From positions 16,866,001 through 16,930,000 of the forward strand of contig CM075990.1 of NCBI GenBank assembly GCA_038087875.1: a stretch of DNA of 64,000 bases. The letters run 5' to 3'. This document shows, one piece after another, positions 52,236-64,000 of the stretch; the first letter of the stretch is position 1, and each line of letters opens with the position of its first letter. The notes under the pieces were generated by a model. It searched no databases, was not told where the DNA came from, and saw nothing but the letters and a program-made list of their open reading frames with translations. Source of the stretch: Malacoraja senta (lineage: Eukaryota). The translations under genes were made by a program, and so were the position numbers.

Positions 52236-55200
52236 AACACTTTTATTGGTCGGCAATCTGAAGCCAAACCAGTCAAAATTACTTTCTCCCATATCATTGT
52301 GATTCTTTTGGAATTTGCTTCTCCAGCGAGCTGCGTGTGGACGTTGGTGGCCATATTCTCAAGAGAAAGGTTGGTCGATTTGTGGAATCTGAGTAGAGGA
52401 AGGTGGCAATGAGTCAATTCAACTGATATTTAGTTATTTGGCAAAGTTGATCTGAAGGCCTGATATTCTCGCTTCTGCTTCTGATGACAATAGACAATAG
52501 GTGCAGGAGTAGGCCATTCGGCCCTTTGAGCCAGCACCGCCATTCAATGTGATCATGGCTGATCATCCCCAATCAGTACCCCGTTCCTGCCTTCTCCCCA
52601 TATCCCCTGAATCCACTATCTTTAAGAGCCCTATCTAGCTCTCTCTGTTGAAAGCATCCAGAGAACCGGCCTCCACCGCCCTCTGAGGCAGAGAATTCCA
52701 CAGACTCACCACTCTCTGTGTGAAGAAGACAAACGGTCTCAGATGAGGAGAGAAGAGGAATGAGATGTAATGCTGGAGGGAGGGAGGGAGATAGGTTGAA
52801 AGGGGTGGGAGGGGGAAGAGGGGTGGGATAGTGACATAAATGAGTGCACATTGGGGTGGGGGCACAGGGAGGAGAGAATGGGAAGGGGAGGCATTACTTG
52901 AAATTGGAGAGTTCAATGTTCATGCGGTTGGGTTGTAAGGTATACGACGTGCTTCCTCCAGTTTGCGTGTGGCTTCCCTCTGGCAATGGAGGAGGTCCAG
53001 GACAGAAAGGTCAGTGTGGGAATGGGAAAGGGATGGAAAAGGTTCCATAATTGAATTGTTTCTTCCTTATTTGTTCTGTGACCCAGATGAAGCCTAGTTT
53101 AATCTCTGCTGCGAGACAAAATGACCAAGTCTCACATCACAGAGTCAGCAACTTCCACTCTCTCCAGGGTGAACTCATAATAAGCTTTTAGGTCCCAATT
53201 ACAGCTATTTATCTCTAATTGTTTTTTTGACCTGATGAGATATTAAGATAAATTTAAGTTAATGAGGATAATCACCCCCCTGAAGCTGCTATTAATGCAG
53301 TACTCAAATAAAGATCGCTATGAAATTAGACCATAAAACTGTCTTTAGACTTGGGATTCAGTGTGGAGGCAGGCCCTTCGGCCCATCAAATCCGTGCCGT
53401 CCTGTGATCACCATGTGCACTAGCATGATCCTACATGTTAGCGACAATTTACTGAAGCCAATTAGCCTACAAACCTGCAGGTGTTTGGAGTGCGGGAGGA
53501 AACTGGAGCACCCGGAGAAAACCCACGCAGGTCACGGGGAGAACGTACAGGCTCAACGTGCAGACAGCACCCGTAGTCAGGATCGAACCGGGGTCTCTGG
53601 CGCTGTGAGGCAGCAACTCTACCGCTGCTCCACAATGCTGCCCCAAGAGAAGTGAAGTCAGGGCACTGGACGGAGATATAAATGCAGGTTAAAGTACAGC
53701 AATAAATAACCTTGGAAGTTATTGCAAAACAAAGTATGGTCGGTGATGGAAACAGAAGCTGGAGGTGTTTTGGAGTTTTCATGGAGAGGAGAACCATTGG
53801 CCAATGATCAGGTGGGAAAAGTTTGAGATCATTTAGGACAGGAAAGAGGGAAAGAAGGAAACATAGAAAATAGGTGCAGGAGTAGGCCATTCGGCCCTTC
53901 GGGTCAGCACCACCATTCAATATGATCATGGCTGATCATCCCCAATCAGTACCCCGTTCCTGCTTTCTCCCCATATCCCTTGATTCCGTTAGCCCTAAGA
54001 GCTAAATCTAACTCTCTCTTGAATACATCCAGTGAATCGGCCTCCACTGCCTTCTGTGGCAGAGAATTCCACAGATTCACAACTCTCTGGGTGAAAAAGT
54101 TTCTCCTCAACTCAGTCCTTAATGGCCGACCCCTTATTCTTAAACTGTGGCCCTAAATCTGGAGGTGTGTGTTTTCACATTTCTGTACCTCATGCCTGAT
54201 GGGAGAGGAGAAGAGAAAAAAAAGAAGAAATATGTCGGAAGGAACTGCAGATGCTGGTTTACACCAAAGATAGACATGAATGCAGGAGCAGAGAAAGGTG
54301 CAGGACTCTTGATGAAGAAAGGAGAACTTCAGACATAAGTTGAGGAGATTCTGCGTTGGAGCAGACATGTGTAGGAAGGAACTGCAGATGCTGGTTAGGC
54401 CTGAGATAACATTGAACGCAGGTGGGAGCAATGATGTAAAGGATGATGGTTCATCGTGGGTCTATGGAAGGATTACGGAGAGGTGAATGGGAATGGTGGG
54501 ATCATTGGATGAGGGGGAACAGATAGGGTGAATGCACAGTCTTTTACCCCGAGTAGGGGAATCAAGAAGCAGAGGACCTAGGGTTAAGACGAGGATTCAA
54601 CTCCCCCCCCCCCCCCCGACTTAAGTTGAGGGGGGAAAGATTTAATAGGAACCTGAGGGACAACTTTTTCTTTTACACAAAGAGTGGTTGGAGTATAGAA
54701 CAAGCTGCCATAGGAGGTAGTTGGGGTAGATATTATCAAAAGGTTTAAAAAATCATTTGGACAGGTACATGAATCGGATGGGTTTACAGGGATATGGGCC
54801 AAACACAGGCAGGTGGGACTAGTGTCGATGGGGCAGGTTGGACCATAGGGCCTGTTTCCATGCTGTATCCCTCTAAGAAAATGTTGTCTAAAGATAAGGA
54901 GCCGATCCTTAAGCCTAACCCAACCTCCCACTGTCACCCACATTCCCTTCACAAGTCACTTGTATGCAGAGTCCATTGAAAGCGGAAGGAGGATCTTGAC
55001 CTGAAACGTCACTATCCATGTTCTCCAGAGATGCTGCCTGACCCGCTGAGTTACTCCAGCGCTCTGTGAAACGTCACCTATCCATGTTCTCCACAGATGC
55101 TGCCTGACCTGCTGAGTTACTCCAGCACTCTGTGTCCTCTACAATAGTTTCAATGTTCCATCTGCAGAAGGAATGCAATGTTCTACAACTGATGAATTTA

Positions 55201-56672
55201 TTTTAAAATTAATCTGCAAATCTACAGTATTTTGAAGGTCAAAATCACACTCTGTATTTGCATTCTCTGACAGAACAACGACTTCTTATTGCAAGTAGCA
55301 AGTTCCTGCCAAGTTTGGCGGAGTTTACAGAGGACACTTCGTTGCTGCTGGAAGTGCAGGATGTTTTAAAGAGAAGGAATGTTCCTAGCTGGACTATTTT
55401 TAACATTGTTATGTCTTTAAATGAACAAAATCATTATTGGAGCCAAGAGACAGCAAGTCAACGTGAATCAGCCACCGTTACCAGTGGCAACACGGGGGGG
55501 TACCCAATCTTAGAGTTCCTGGAGCGGCCCAACGTGTGAAGTCATCTTGTTGTTGTGACCCAACTTTGCTCGTCCTACTGAACCCGGGCGGGTGGAATTA
55601 TTCCATGTATCCTGCTCTCAATCTGGCAGCAGGATATCAATGTGTGGGAAGGAACAGCAGATGCTGGTTTACACCGAAGATAGACACAAAATGCTGGACA
55701 GCGGGACAGGCAGCATCTCTGGAGAGAAGGAATGGGTGACGTTTTGGATCGAGAAGCTTCTTCAGTCTGAAACGTCACCCATTCCTTCTCTCTAGAGATG
55801 CTGCCTGACCCACTGAGTTACTCCAGCTTTTTGTGTCTGTAGCAGGGAATCAACTTCCATCACCCTCTCCCCCTCTCTCAAAATAGAGAACAGAAGGAAC
55901 AGGAGCGAGTTTCATTTTGAACTCCCAGTTTGAGGAAAATTCATTGCATGCCTATTCTCTGCCTCAGAGAGCGGTGGAGGCCAGGTTCTCTGGATACTTT
56001 CAAGAGAGAGCTAGATAGGGCTCTTAAAGATAGCGGAGTCAGGGGATATGGGGAGAAGGCAGGAACGGGGTACTGATTGGGGATGATCAGCCATGATCAC
56101 ATTGAATGGCGGTGCTGGCTCGAAGGGCCGAATGGCCTACTCCTGCACCTACTGTCTATTGTCTAGGTTTATTCTTGTCACGTGTATTGAGGTATAGTGA
56201 AGCACTTTATTCTGCATGCTTCCTAACCAGATCTGATGAACTATACATAAATACTATCAAACCCAACTCAAGTACAATTGGTGGAACAAAGGGGAAGATA
56301 CAGAGTGCAGAATACAGTTTCATAGATGAAGCCCAACATGTACAAATGAGGTAAAGGAGGATGGGGAAGCACTCTGGCTTCAGGAAGGACAGTCCAGAAG
56401 CCTGATTACAGAGGGGAAGAATGAAGGCAGATGGGTTATGAGCAGGCAGGTAGGAGATGGTCTTGGCATTATGTTGGGCACACACATTGTGGGCTGAAGG
56501 GCCTGTTCTTGTGCTGTACTGTTCTATGTTCTAACCCAGCAGCGACATATTTGGTGCCTTTCGTGGTATACTAGTCTCCACAGTGCTGTTAAACTCATGT
56601 TGTCAGATAACCAACAATATTTAGCAAGGTTCCAGAAATGATCTTATTTGAAAATGCACTAACATTATTTAC

Positions 56673-57579
56673 AGGTACACAAAAATGCTGGAGAAACTCA
56701 GCGGGTGCAGCAGCATCTATGGAGCGAAGGAAATAGGTAACGTTTCGGGCCGAAACCCTTCTTCAGACTGATAGGGGGTGGGGAGAGGAAAGGAAAAAAG
56801 GAAAAGGAGGAGGAGGAGCCCGAGGGCTGGGGGAGGGGAGGAGACAACCAGAGGGCTGATGAAGGGGAGGGGACAGCCAGGGCTAGCAGAATTGGGAGAA
56901 TTCAATGTTCAAGCCCCAAGGATGTAGACTGCCCGAGCGGAATATGAGGTGCATTTCCTCCAATTTACGGTGTTGCTCGCTGTGGCCATGGAGGAGACCC
57001 AGGACAGAGAGGTCAGATACGGAATGGGAGGGGGAGTTGAAGTGCTGAGCCACCGGGAGTTCAGGTTGGTTATTGCGGACCGACCGGAGGTGTTCGGCGA
57101 AACGATCGCCAAGCCTCTGCTTGGTCTCACCGATGTAGATCAGCTGGCATCTAGAGCAGCGGATGCAATAGATGAGGTTGGAGGAGATGCAGGTGAACCT
57201 CTGTCGCACCTGGAACGACTGCTTGGGTCCTGGAATGGAGTGGAGGGGGGAAGTGAAGGGACAAGTGTTGCATCTCTTGCGGTTGCAAGGGAAAGTACCA
57301 GGGGAGGGGGTGGTATGGGAGGGAAGGGAAGAATTGACAAGGGAGTTACGGAGGGAGCGGTCTTTGCGGAAGGCAGACATGGGGGGAGATGGGAAGATGT
57401 GGCGAGTGGTGGGGTCACGTTGGAGGTGGCGAAACTGACGGAGGATCACTTGTTGTATGTGACGGCTGGTGGGGTGAAAGGTGAGGACTAGGGGGACTCT
57501 GCCTTTGTTGTGAGTGGGGGGATGGGGAGAGAGAGCAGTGTTGCGGGGTATGGCAGAGACCCTGGTGCGAGCCTCATCT
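56673..57579 (-). mobile_element. Penelope-like retroelement 3' part (GIY-YIG endonuclease plus terminal repeat), cut by the assembly gap
   Basis: ORF 56883-57449 has CNRKRCNTC and NLIYCIRCSRCQLIYIGET...RFAEH...HFN; the downstream repeat contains a hammerhead core. Confidence 0.9.
56739..56766 (-). ncRNA. Minimal type-I hammerhead ribozyme core in the Penelope terminal repeat
   Basis: CUGAAGA A GGGU-UUCG-GCCC GAAA CGUU: conserved boxes, stem II with a UUCG loop, and palindromic AACGUU in place of stem III. Confidence 0.7.
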
Positions 57580-57779
57580 NNNNNNNNNNNNNNNNNNNNN
57601 NNNNNNNNNNNNNNNNNNNNNNNNNNNNNNNNNNNNNNNNNNNNNNNNNNNNNNNNNNNNNNNNNNNNNNNNNNNNNNNNNNNNNNNNNNNNNNNNNNNN
57701 NNNNNNNNNNNNNNNNNNNNNNNNNNNNNNNNNNNNNNNNNNNNNNNNNNNNNNNNNNNNNNNNNNNNNNNNNNNNNNN
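57580..57779. other. Assembly gap (200 N)
   Basis: Run of exactly 200 N between a Penelope fragment and a CR1 fragment. Confidence 1.
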
Positions 57780-58260
57780 AGAATCTATCTATCTCTGCCT
57801 TAAATATATCCATTGACCTGACCTCCATAACCTTCTGTGGCAAAGAATTCCACAGATTCACCACGCTCTGACTGGAGGAATTCATCCTCATCTCCTTCCT
57901 AAAGGAATGTCATAAGATCATGTGATAGGAGTAGAATTAGGCCATTCGGCCCATTCAATCATGGCTGATCTATCTCTCCTCCTAACCCCATTCTCCTGCC
58001 TTCTCCCCATGACCTCTGACACCCCATTAATGTCCTTTAATTCTGAGGCTATGACCCCTGGTCCTAGACTCCCCCACTAGTGGAAACATCCTCTCCACAT
58101 CCACTCTATCCACGCACTTGAAGTGCTCCCGAGAATGTGTCAGCTCGGCCAGGTTATTGTATGACATGGAGAGATGTCCTCCACCAAGGTGGTTGCTCAA
58201 GGTCCAACGTGGTCCAACGTGATGTTTGAAGCTGACCACTTGCTTGCGTTTGCCTTGCAG

Positions 58261-58443
58261 ATCAGTATCTTCATGACTCACCTGTCGAACTACGGCAATG
58301 ACCGCCTGGGCCTGTACACCTTCGAGAGCCTGGTGAAGTTCGTGCAGTGCTGGACCAACCTGAAGCTGCAGACACTGCCCCCGGTGGAACTGGCTGCCAA
58401 GTACTTCCAGCTCTTCCCAGAGGAAAAAGACCCTCTGTGGCAG
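58261..58443 (+). CDS. NDST2: Internal exon (183 nt, phase 0-0) of heparan sulfate N-deacetylase/N-sulfotransferase, [61 protein letters not shown]
   Basis: ttgcag/gtaggg sites and the NDST motif [27 protein letters not shown] and the position downstream of CAMK2G on the same strand favour NDST2. Confidence 0.88.
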
Positions 58444-61400
58444 GTAGGGACCAGTCACCTGGCCTCAGAGTTCCTCTCCAGTGTCACAGAGTCACACAAC
58501 TTGGAAACAGGCCCTTCGGCACAACTTGCCCCACCGGCCAACATGGCCCATCTACACTAGTCCCACCTGCCTGCGTTTAAGGTCATACGGTCATAAGGAA
58601 TAGGAGTAGGATTAGGCCATTCGGCCCATCAAGTCTCCTCCGCCATTCAATCATAGCTGATCTATCTCTCCCTCCTAACCCCATTCTCCTGCCTTCTCCC
58701 CATAACCTCTGACACCTGTACTAATCTAGAATCTATCTATCTCTGCCGTAAAAATATCCATTGACTTGGCCTCCACAGCCTTCTGTAGCAAAGAATTCCA
58801 CAGATTCACCATCCTCCAAACCTGTCCAATCCATCTGGGTCTAATGCCAATCTATTATCTCGTCTCTATTGTCTATTCAACCTAAGGCCCTTACATCAAT
58901 TATTGCTGTTAAGTACTGTTAGACTTTCATGATACATTTATCTTGAGAAAGCAACTATTTTGAGCTGTCTTTACAGATATAATGTTGTGCCAAGGAATTA
59001 ATGAGGTTTAGACATTTTTTTATTGATGAAGAATCCCAGCTGGCAAAATAGATTTTCTTTCAAAAAATTCTTTCACAATTATAGAATTTCTGCCGTGCCA
59101 TGAGACAGTCTCACTGAGCTTCGAGACATCAGCATTAATTTCATTGTTTTTTTTGTTAAAATAACTTGTATAGAGTCAAACAGTTGCCCATGCAGACCAA
59201 GATGCCCCAACTGCACTAATCCCATTTAGAGTGTCACGGAAACAGGCCCTTCGGCCCAACTCATCCATACTGACCAAGATGCCTACCTATGCTAATCCCA
59301 TTTAGTCATCCAGCTGTTAGCAGATGTTTAGTTTAGAGATACAGCGCGGAAACAGTTCCTTTGGCCCACCGAGTCCACACCGACCAATGGTCACCCCGTA
59401 CACTAGTTCTATCCCACACACTAGGGACAATTTGCAGAAGCAAATTAACCTACAAACCTGGGGCAGACTCAACATTCAGCGGGCGAGGCAGCATCTATGG
59501 AGAGAAGGAATTGGCGACGTTTCGGGTCGAGACCCTTCTTCAGACTTTAATTGGACTTTAACTTGCACGAATCATTATTCCCTTTATCCTGTATCTGTAC
59601 ACTGTGGACATTATCTTTGTAAAGACAGCTCAAAATAATCATGTCTTGTCTTTCCGCTGACTGGTCAGCATGCAACAAAACCTCGGTACACGTGACAATA
59701 AACTGAACTAATACTGGGATTAATGTAGGACTTGTACTGAGTTCAGTTTATTGTCACCTGTAGCGAGATGCAGTGAAAAGCTTTTTGTTGCGTGCTAACC
59801 AGTCAGCGGAAAAACAATACATGATTAAAAATGGATAATGGATATAAATGGCCAGTATAAATGGATGGCTGATGGTCAGTATGGACTCAGTGGGCCGATG
59901 GGCCTCTCAGGCCATTGGGACTAACCGTGATGTACAGCTAGGTGCTGGCACAGGTGGGCTGAGTTGTTTAGGAACACATCAGGTTGGCTAATGTCCGTGT
60001 GGGGCAGGACCAGGATGTTCTTACCCAGTCAGGGCTACATGTTGCTGTGGTTTCCTCTTCTGTACAGGGGCAGTTGATTCAAGAGCAATAAACTGTGTTG
60101 TGAGACGATTCATTGGTTTAGTGCTGTGGATGGATTAAAGATAAGTCAGTGTTTTTCTATGAAGAAGTCCCAGGAGGTGTTAAAATGATTCTTGAGGATT
60201 CACAGTGTACAGATACATGATAAGGGAATAGAAAACAGGAGTAGGCCATTTGGCCCTTTGAGCCAGCACTGCCATTCAATATGATCCTTGGCTGATCATC
60301 TAAAAGCAGTACCCCGTTCCTGCTTTCTCCCCATATCCCTTGATTCCTTTAGCCCTAAGAGCTAAATCTAACTCTCTCTTGAAAACATCCAGTGAATTGG
60401 CCTCCACTACCTTCTGTGGCAATTTAGTGCAAGGTAAAGCCAGTAAGGTCCAATCAAAGATAGCCTGATCAAAAATGACCCACAACCCTTACTCTGTCTG
60501 AAGAAGGGTCCTGACCAGAAACGTCACCCATCCTGCCTCTTCAAAGATGCCGCCTGCCCCACTGAGTTACACCAGCACTCTGTGTCCATTTTACAATTTA
60601 AAAGGCAGTTAGATGAGTACATGGATTGAAAAGGTTTGGAGAGATACAAGCTAGTCGCGGGCAAATGGGACAAGCTCAGGTAGTCAGGATAGAGGGCACT
60701 GCGGAAAGGTGAAGAGTGGTGGGAATTTGCCTGGAACGCGCTGCTGGGGATGGTGGTGGCGGCAGATACGATCGTGGCGTTTATGGTAGGCATGGATATG
60801 CAGGGAATGGAAGCAGAGGTGATTAGTTTAACTTGACATCATGTTCGGCACGGACATTGTGGGCCGAAGGGCCTGTTCCTGATGCTGTAATATTCTGTGG
60901 ATGCTCAGTGTTAAATTTCCAGGAACCGTTAGTTTAGTTCCAGGAACTGTTTGGTTTAGTTTAGAGATACAAGCCCTTCAGCCCAACGAGTCCGTGCTGA
61001 CCAGCGATCCCTGCACACTAACACTATCCTACACCCACTAGGGACAATTTACACTTACACCGAGCCAATTAACCTACAAACCTGCACGTCTTTGGAGTGT
61101 GGGAGGAAACCGAAGATCTCGGAGAAAACCCGCGCAGGTCACGGGGAGAACGTACAAACTCCATACAGACAGCACCCGTAGTTGGGATCGAACCCGGGTG
61201 TCTCCGGCACTGCAAGAGCTGCAGGGCAGCAACTCTACCGCTGCGCCACTGTGACCGCCCTTTGATTAGTTTGCAGCGAGATAGAGAATCTGTCGGTCAA
61301 GCAATAAATCTGATAACCAGACAGTGAGGAAGTGCTGATGCAGCGATCCTGTCACGAGCCGGCAGGCCCTGGTCTTGATTACCTTTGCGACATGCTGCTT

Positions 61401-61612
61401 ATTCCTTAATTACACCGTCTGTTTATTAAAGAAGCTCTGACTGAAAATAGACTCCAGTGATTCACAAGATTCCCCAGGGTGAGGGTCAACATATTAAACT
61501 GCTCTGCACTGAGTCCGTAATCCAAGTTGCTCATCTTGAAGGCTGTTGCTTCCATTGCTACTGATTAGTTTAACCAACCATTGATTCAATGTGGACCATT
61601 CAGCCCATCAAA

Positions 61613-61794
61613 GATAGACACATAAAGCTGGAGTAACTCAGCGGGACAGGCAGCATCATCTTCAGAAGAAGAAGGGTCTCGACCCGAAATGGCACCCATT
61701 CCTTCTCTCCAGCGATGCTGCCTGTCCCGCTGAGTTACTCCAGCTTTTTGTGTCTATCTTCGGTGTAAACCAGCATCTGCAGTTCCTTCCCACA
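61613..61794 (+). mobile_element. Penelope-derived hairpin mini-element
   Basis: 16-bp direct repeat CATTCAGCCCATCAAA at 61597-61612 and 61795-61810; truncated inverted arm plus a full arm. Confidence 0.8.
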
Positions 61795-63543
61795 CATTCA
61801 GCCCATCAAACCTGTTCAAGCATGTAGCCCGATCAATGGTCTGAAAAACGCCATCAACAGCTTTGTACTGAATTGCTGCAAACGTGACAATATTAAACCA
61901 ATACTAATATTAAAGAGTCACAGAGTGGTAGTCATACCCTTCAGCCCAACTCGTCCATGTCGACCAAGATAGTCCCACCCGCCCACACATCCCTCTATTC
62001 ATGCACCTGTCCAAATGTTGTTCCTGTACCTGCCTCAACTACCTCCTGTGGCAGCTCGTTCCACATACACACCACCCTCTATGTGAAGAGGCACCACAAG
62101 ACATTGGCTCGGCCACATTGCGTACAGTTCTGGTCACCCCGTTACAGGAAGGTTTAGCAGGATTGTGGCCGGATCAGTGGGTCTCAGCGACCAGGCAAGG
62201 TTGGACAAACCTGGATTGTTTATCTCTTGAACGCCTGAGGTTGAGGGGAGACCTGACATTAGGTCTACTGCTGCACCACTCTGCCCCCTTCACAACGTCA
62301 GAGACCCGGGTTCCACCCTGATCTCGGGTGCTGCCTGTGCGGAGTTTGCACGTTCTCCCCGTGACCGCGTGGGTTTTCTCCGGGTGCTCCGCTTTCCTCC
62401 CACCCCCAAAAGACTCGCAGGTTCGTAGGTTAATTGGCTTCTATAAACTGCCCATGGTGTGTAGGATGCGACAGCAGGATAACGTGCAGCTGGTGTGTGG
62501 GCCAAAGGGCCTGTTTCCATATCTCTAAACTAAACTATCAAAGCTTGTTGAACCCCACTGGTCCGATTATAATCCAGTCCTGTGTGCTCCATTTAATATT
62601 CCACTTGAAATGCCCACATTGTCTCCAGAGTACATCCATTTTGGATCTGCTTATTGCTGTTGCTGTCTGCAATTACCTGGAACAAAATCCACGCTGAAAA
62701 TAGATTTGGAGATGTTACCTGGGGGAACACAGCCGGTACCTGGAGTGTCAGGTGTCTGTTATTGAAGCTTTCAGAAGCACAGCTCAGAACTGTCAGATTA
62801 TTCATCTCCGTGACAAGGGCCTGAGATGGAGATGGAGATGGGGAAATACCATTAGCTGGGTTGAGAGGAGATATAGGCATGCTGTGCACGTGTACATAAG
62901 GATCGCTCGTTGAGTAGGCAGCACTGGGAAACAAAAAGAATGGATTTGAAACCAGGTTTGATTTTGTAGAGGGCCCTTTGGGATTAGCAAGTAAGTAAAG
63001 TGCCTTCCATTGCTGCCTGCCTCTGGCCTAATTGACCCCAGTAATATGATTCTTCCACTGCGCTCAGCAAATCAATGTTTTTACCATTTTTAAGTAACAA
63101 GGGCTGCTGCACTGCTCTGGTTTGGGATGAGATGCAGCTTTGCGGTGCAGAGAGGCCTCTGAAGGTTAGGACAGGGCAGGCACCGCCAAGCAAATGCCCC
63201 CTGAGCTCCTCATTGCCCTTGTCTCCACACATGGCCGACCGTGGGAGGAGATGGTCATGAGTGATAGGAGCAGAATGAGGCCATTCGGCCCATCAAGTCT
63301 ACTCCACCATTCAATCATGGTTAATCTATCTTTCCCTCTCAACCCCATTCTCCTGCCTTCTCCCCATAACCCGTAACATGTTGAAGTGAGATGCCTGAGG
63401 AAAATAGTCATACAGTCTGGAAAGAGGCCCTTCGGCCCAACTCGTCCATGTCGAACAAGATGCTCCATCTAAGATAGTCCCGTTTGCCTGCGTTTATCCC
63501 TCTAAACTTTTCCCTTCCATGTACATGTCTAAGTCTCTTTTAA

Positions 63544-64000
63544 CGACAGAGGTTCACCTGCATCTCCTCCAACCTCATCTATTGCATCCGCTGCTCTAGA
63601 TGCCAGCTGATCTACATCGGTGAGACCAAGCGGAGGCTTGGCGATCATTTCGCCGAACACCTCCGGTCGGTCCGCAGTAACCAACCTGAACTCCCGGTGG
63701 CTCAGCACTTCAACTCCCCCTCCCATTCCGTATCTGACCTCTCTGTCCTGGGTCTCCTCCATGGCCACAGCGAGCAACACCGTAAATTGGAGGAAATGCA
63801 CCTCATATTCCGCTTGGGCAGTCTACATCCTGGTGGCCTGAACGTTGAATTCTCCCAATTCTGCTAGCCCTGGCTGTCCCCTCCCCTTCATCAGCCCTCT
63901 GGTTGTCTCCTCCCTTCCCCCAGCCCTCGGGCTCCTCCTCCGCCTTTTCCTTTTTTCCTTTCTTCTCCCCACCCCCTATCAGTCTGAAGAAGGGTTTCGG
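63544..64000 (+). mobile_element. Penelope-like element 3' fragment, inverted near-identical copy of about 56750-57207
   Basis: Same GIY-YIG coding sequence and 3' region with only scattered substitutions; runs off the window end at ctgaagaagggtttcgg. Confidence 0.9.

Noticed and set aside
55002..55136. Tandem duplication of about 65 bp
   Set aside because: Local duplication of a Penelope-derived arm; the second unit lacks the CUGANGA box, so it is not a tandem hammerhead dimer.

Overview
Vertebrate genomic DNA, almost certainly an elasmobranch (skate/ray/shark), judged from dense HE1-type V-SINEs and CR1/HER1-type LINE 3' ends. Genes (+ strand): the 3' end of CAMK2G (linker exon 735-783; hub-domain exons 22765-22840, 30945-31039 and 33509-33754; 3' UTR exon from 34837 to about 36330), two candidate in-frame cassette exons in the 22-kb linker intron (8215-8319, 12807-12890), and, after a 200-N gap (57580-57779), one internal NDST2-like exon (58261-58443). 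The rest is mostly transposon debris: CR1, L2, Rex1/Babar, RTE, Penelope, Tc1 and Harbinger-type MITEs. Most notable: two short (about 140-165 bp) TSD-flanked, (AAG)n-tailed retroposons whose 5' ends begin exactly at a compact HDV/CPEB3-like self-cleaving ribozyme fold (15231-15369 and 38985-39148, minus strand), with a matching (GAA)n-tailed RTE LINE in the same window. There is also a family of Penelope-derived hairpin mini-elements carrying minimal hammerhead ribozyme cores. Most ORFs in the supplied track are spurious or repeat-derived. Repeat boundaries were read by eye and are approximate unless a TSD or TIR is given.
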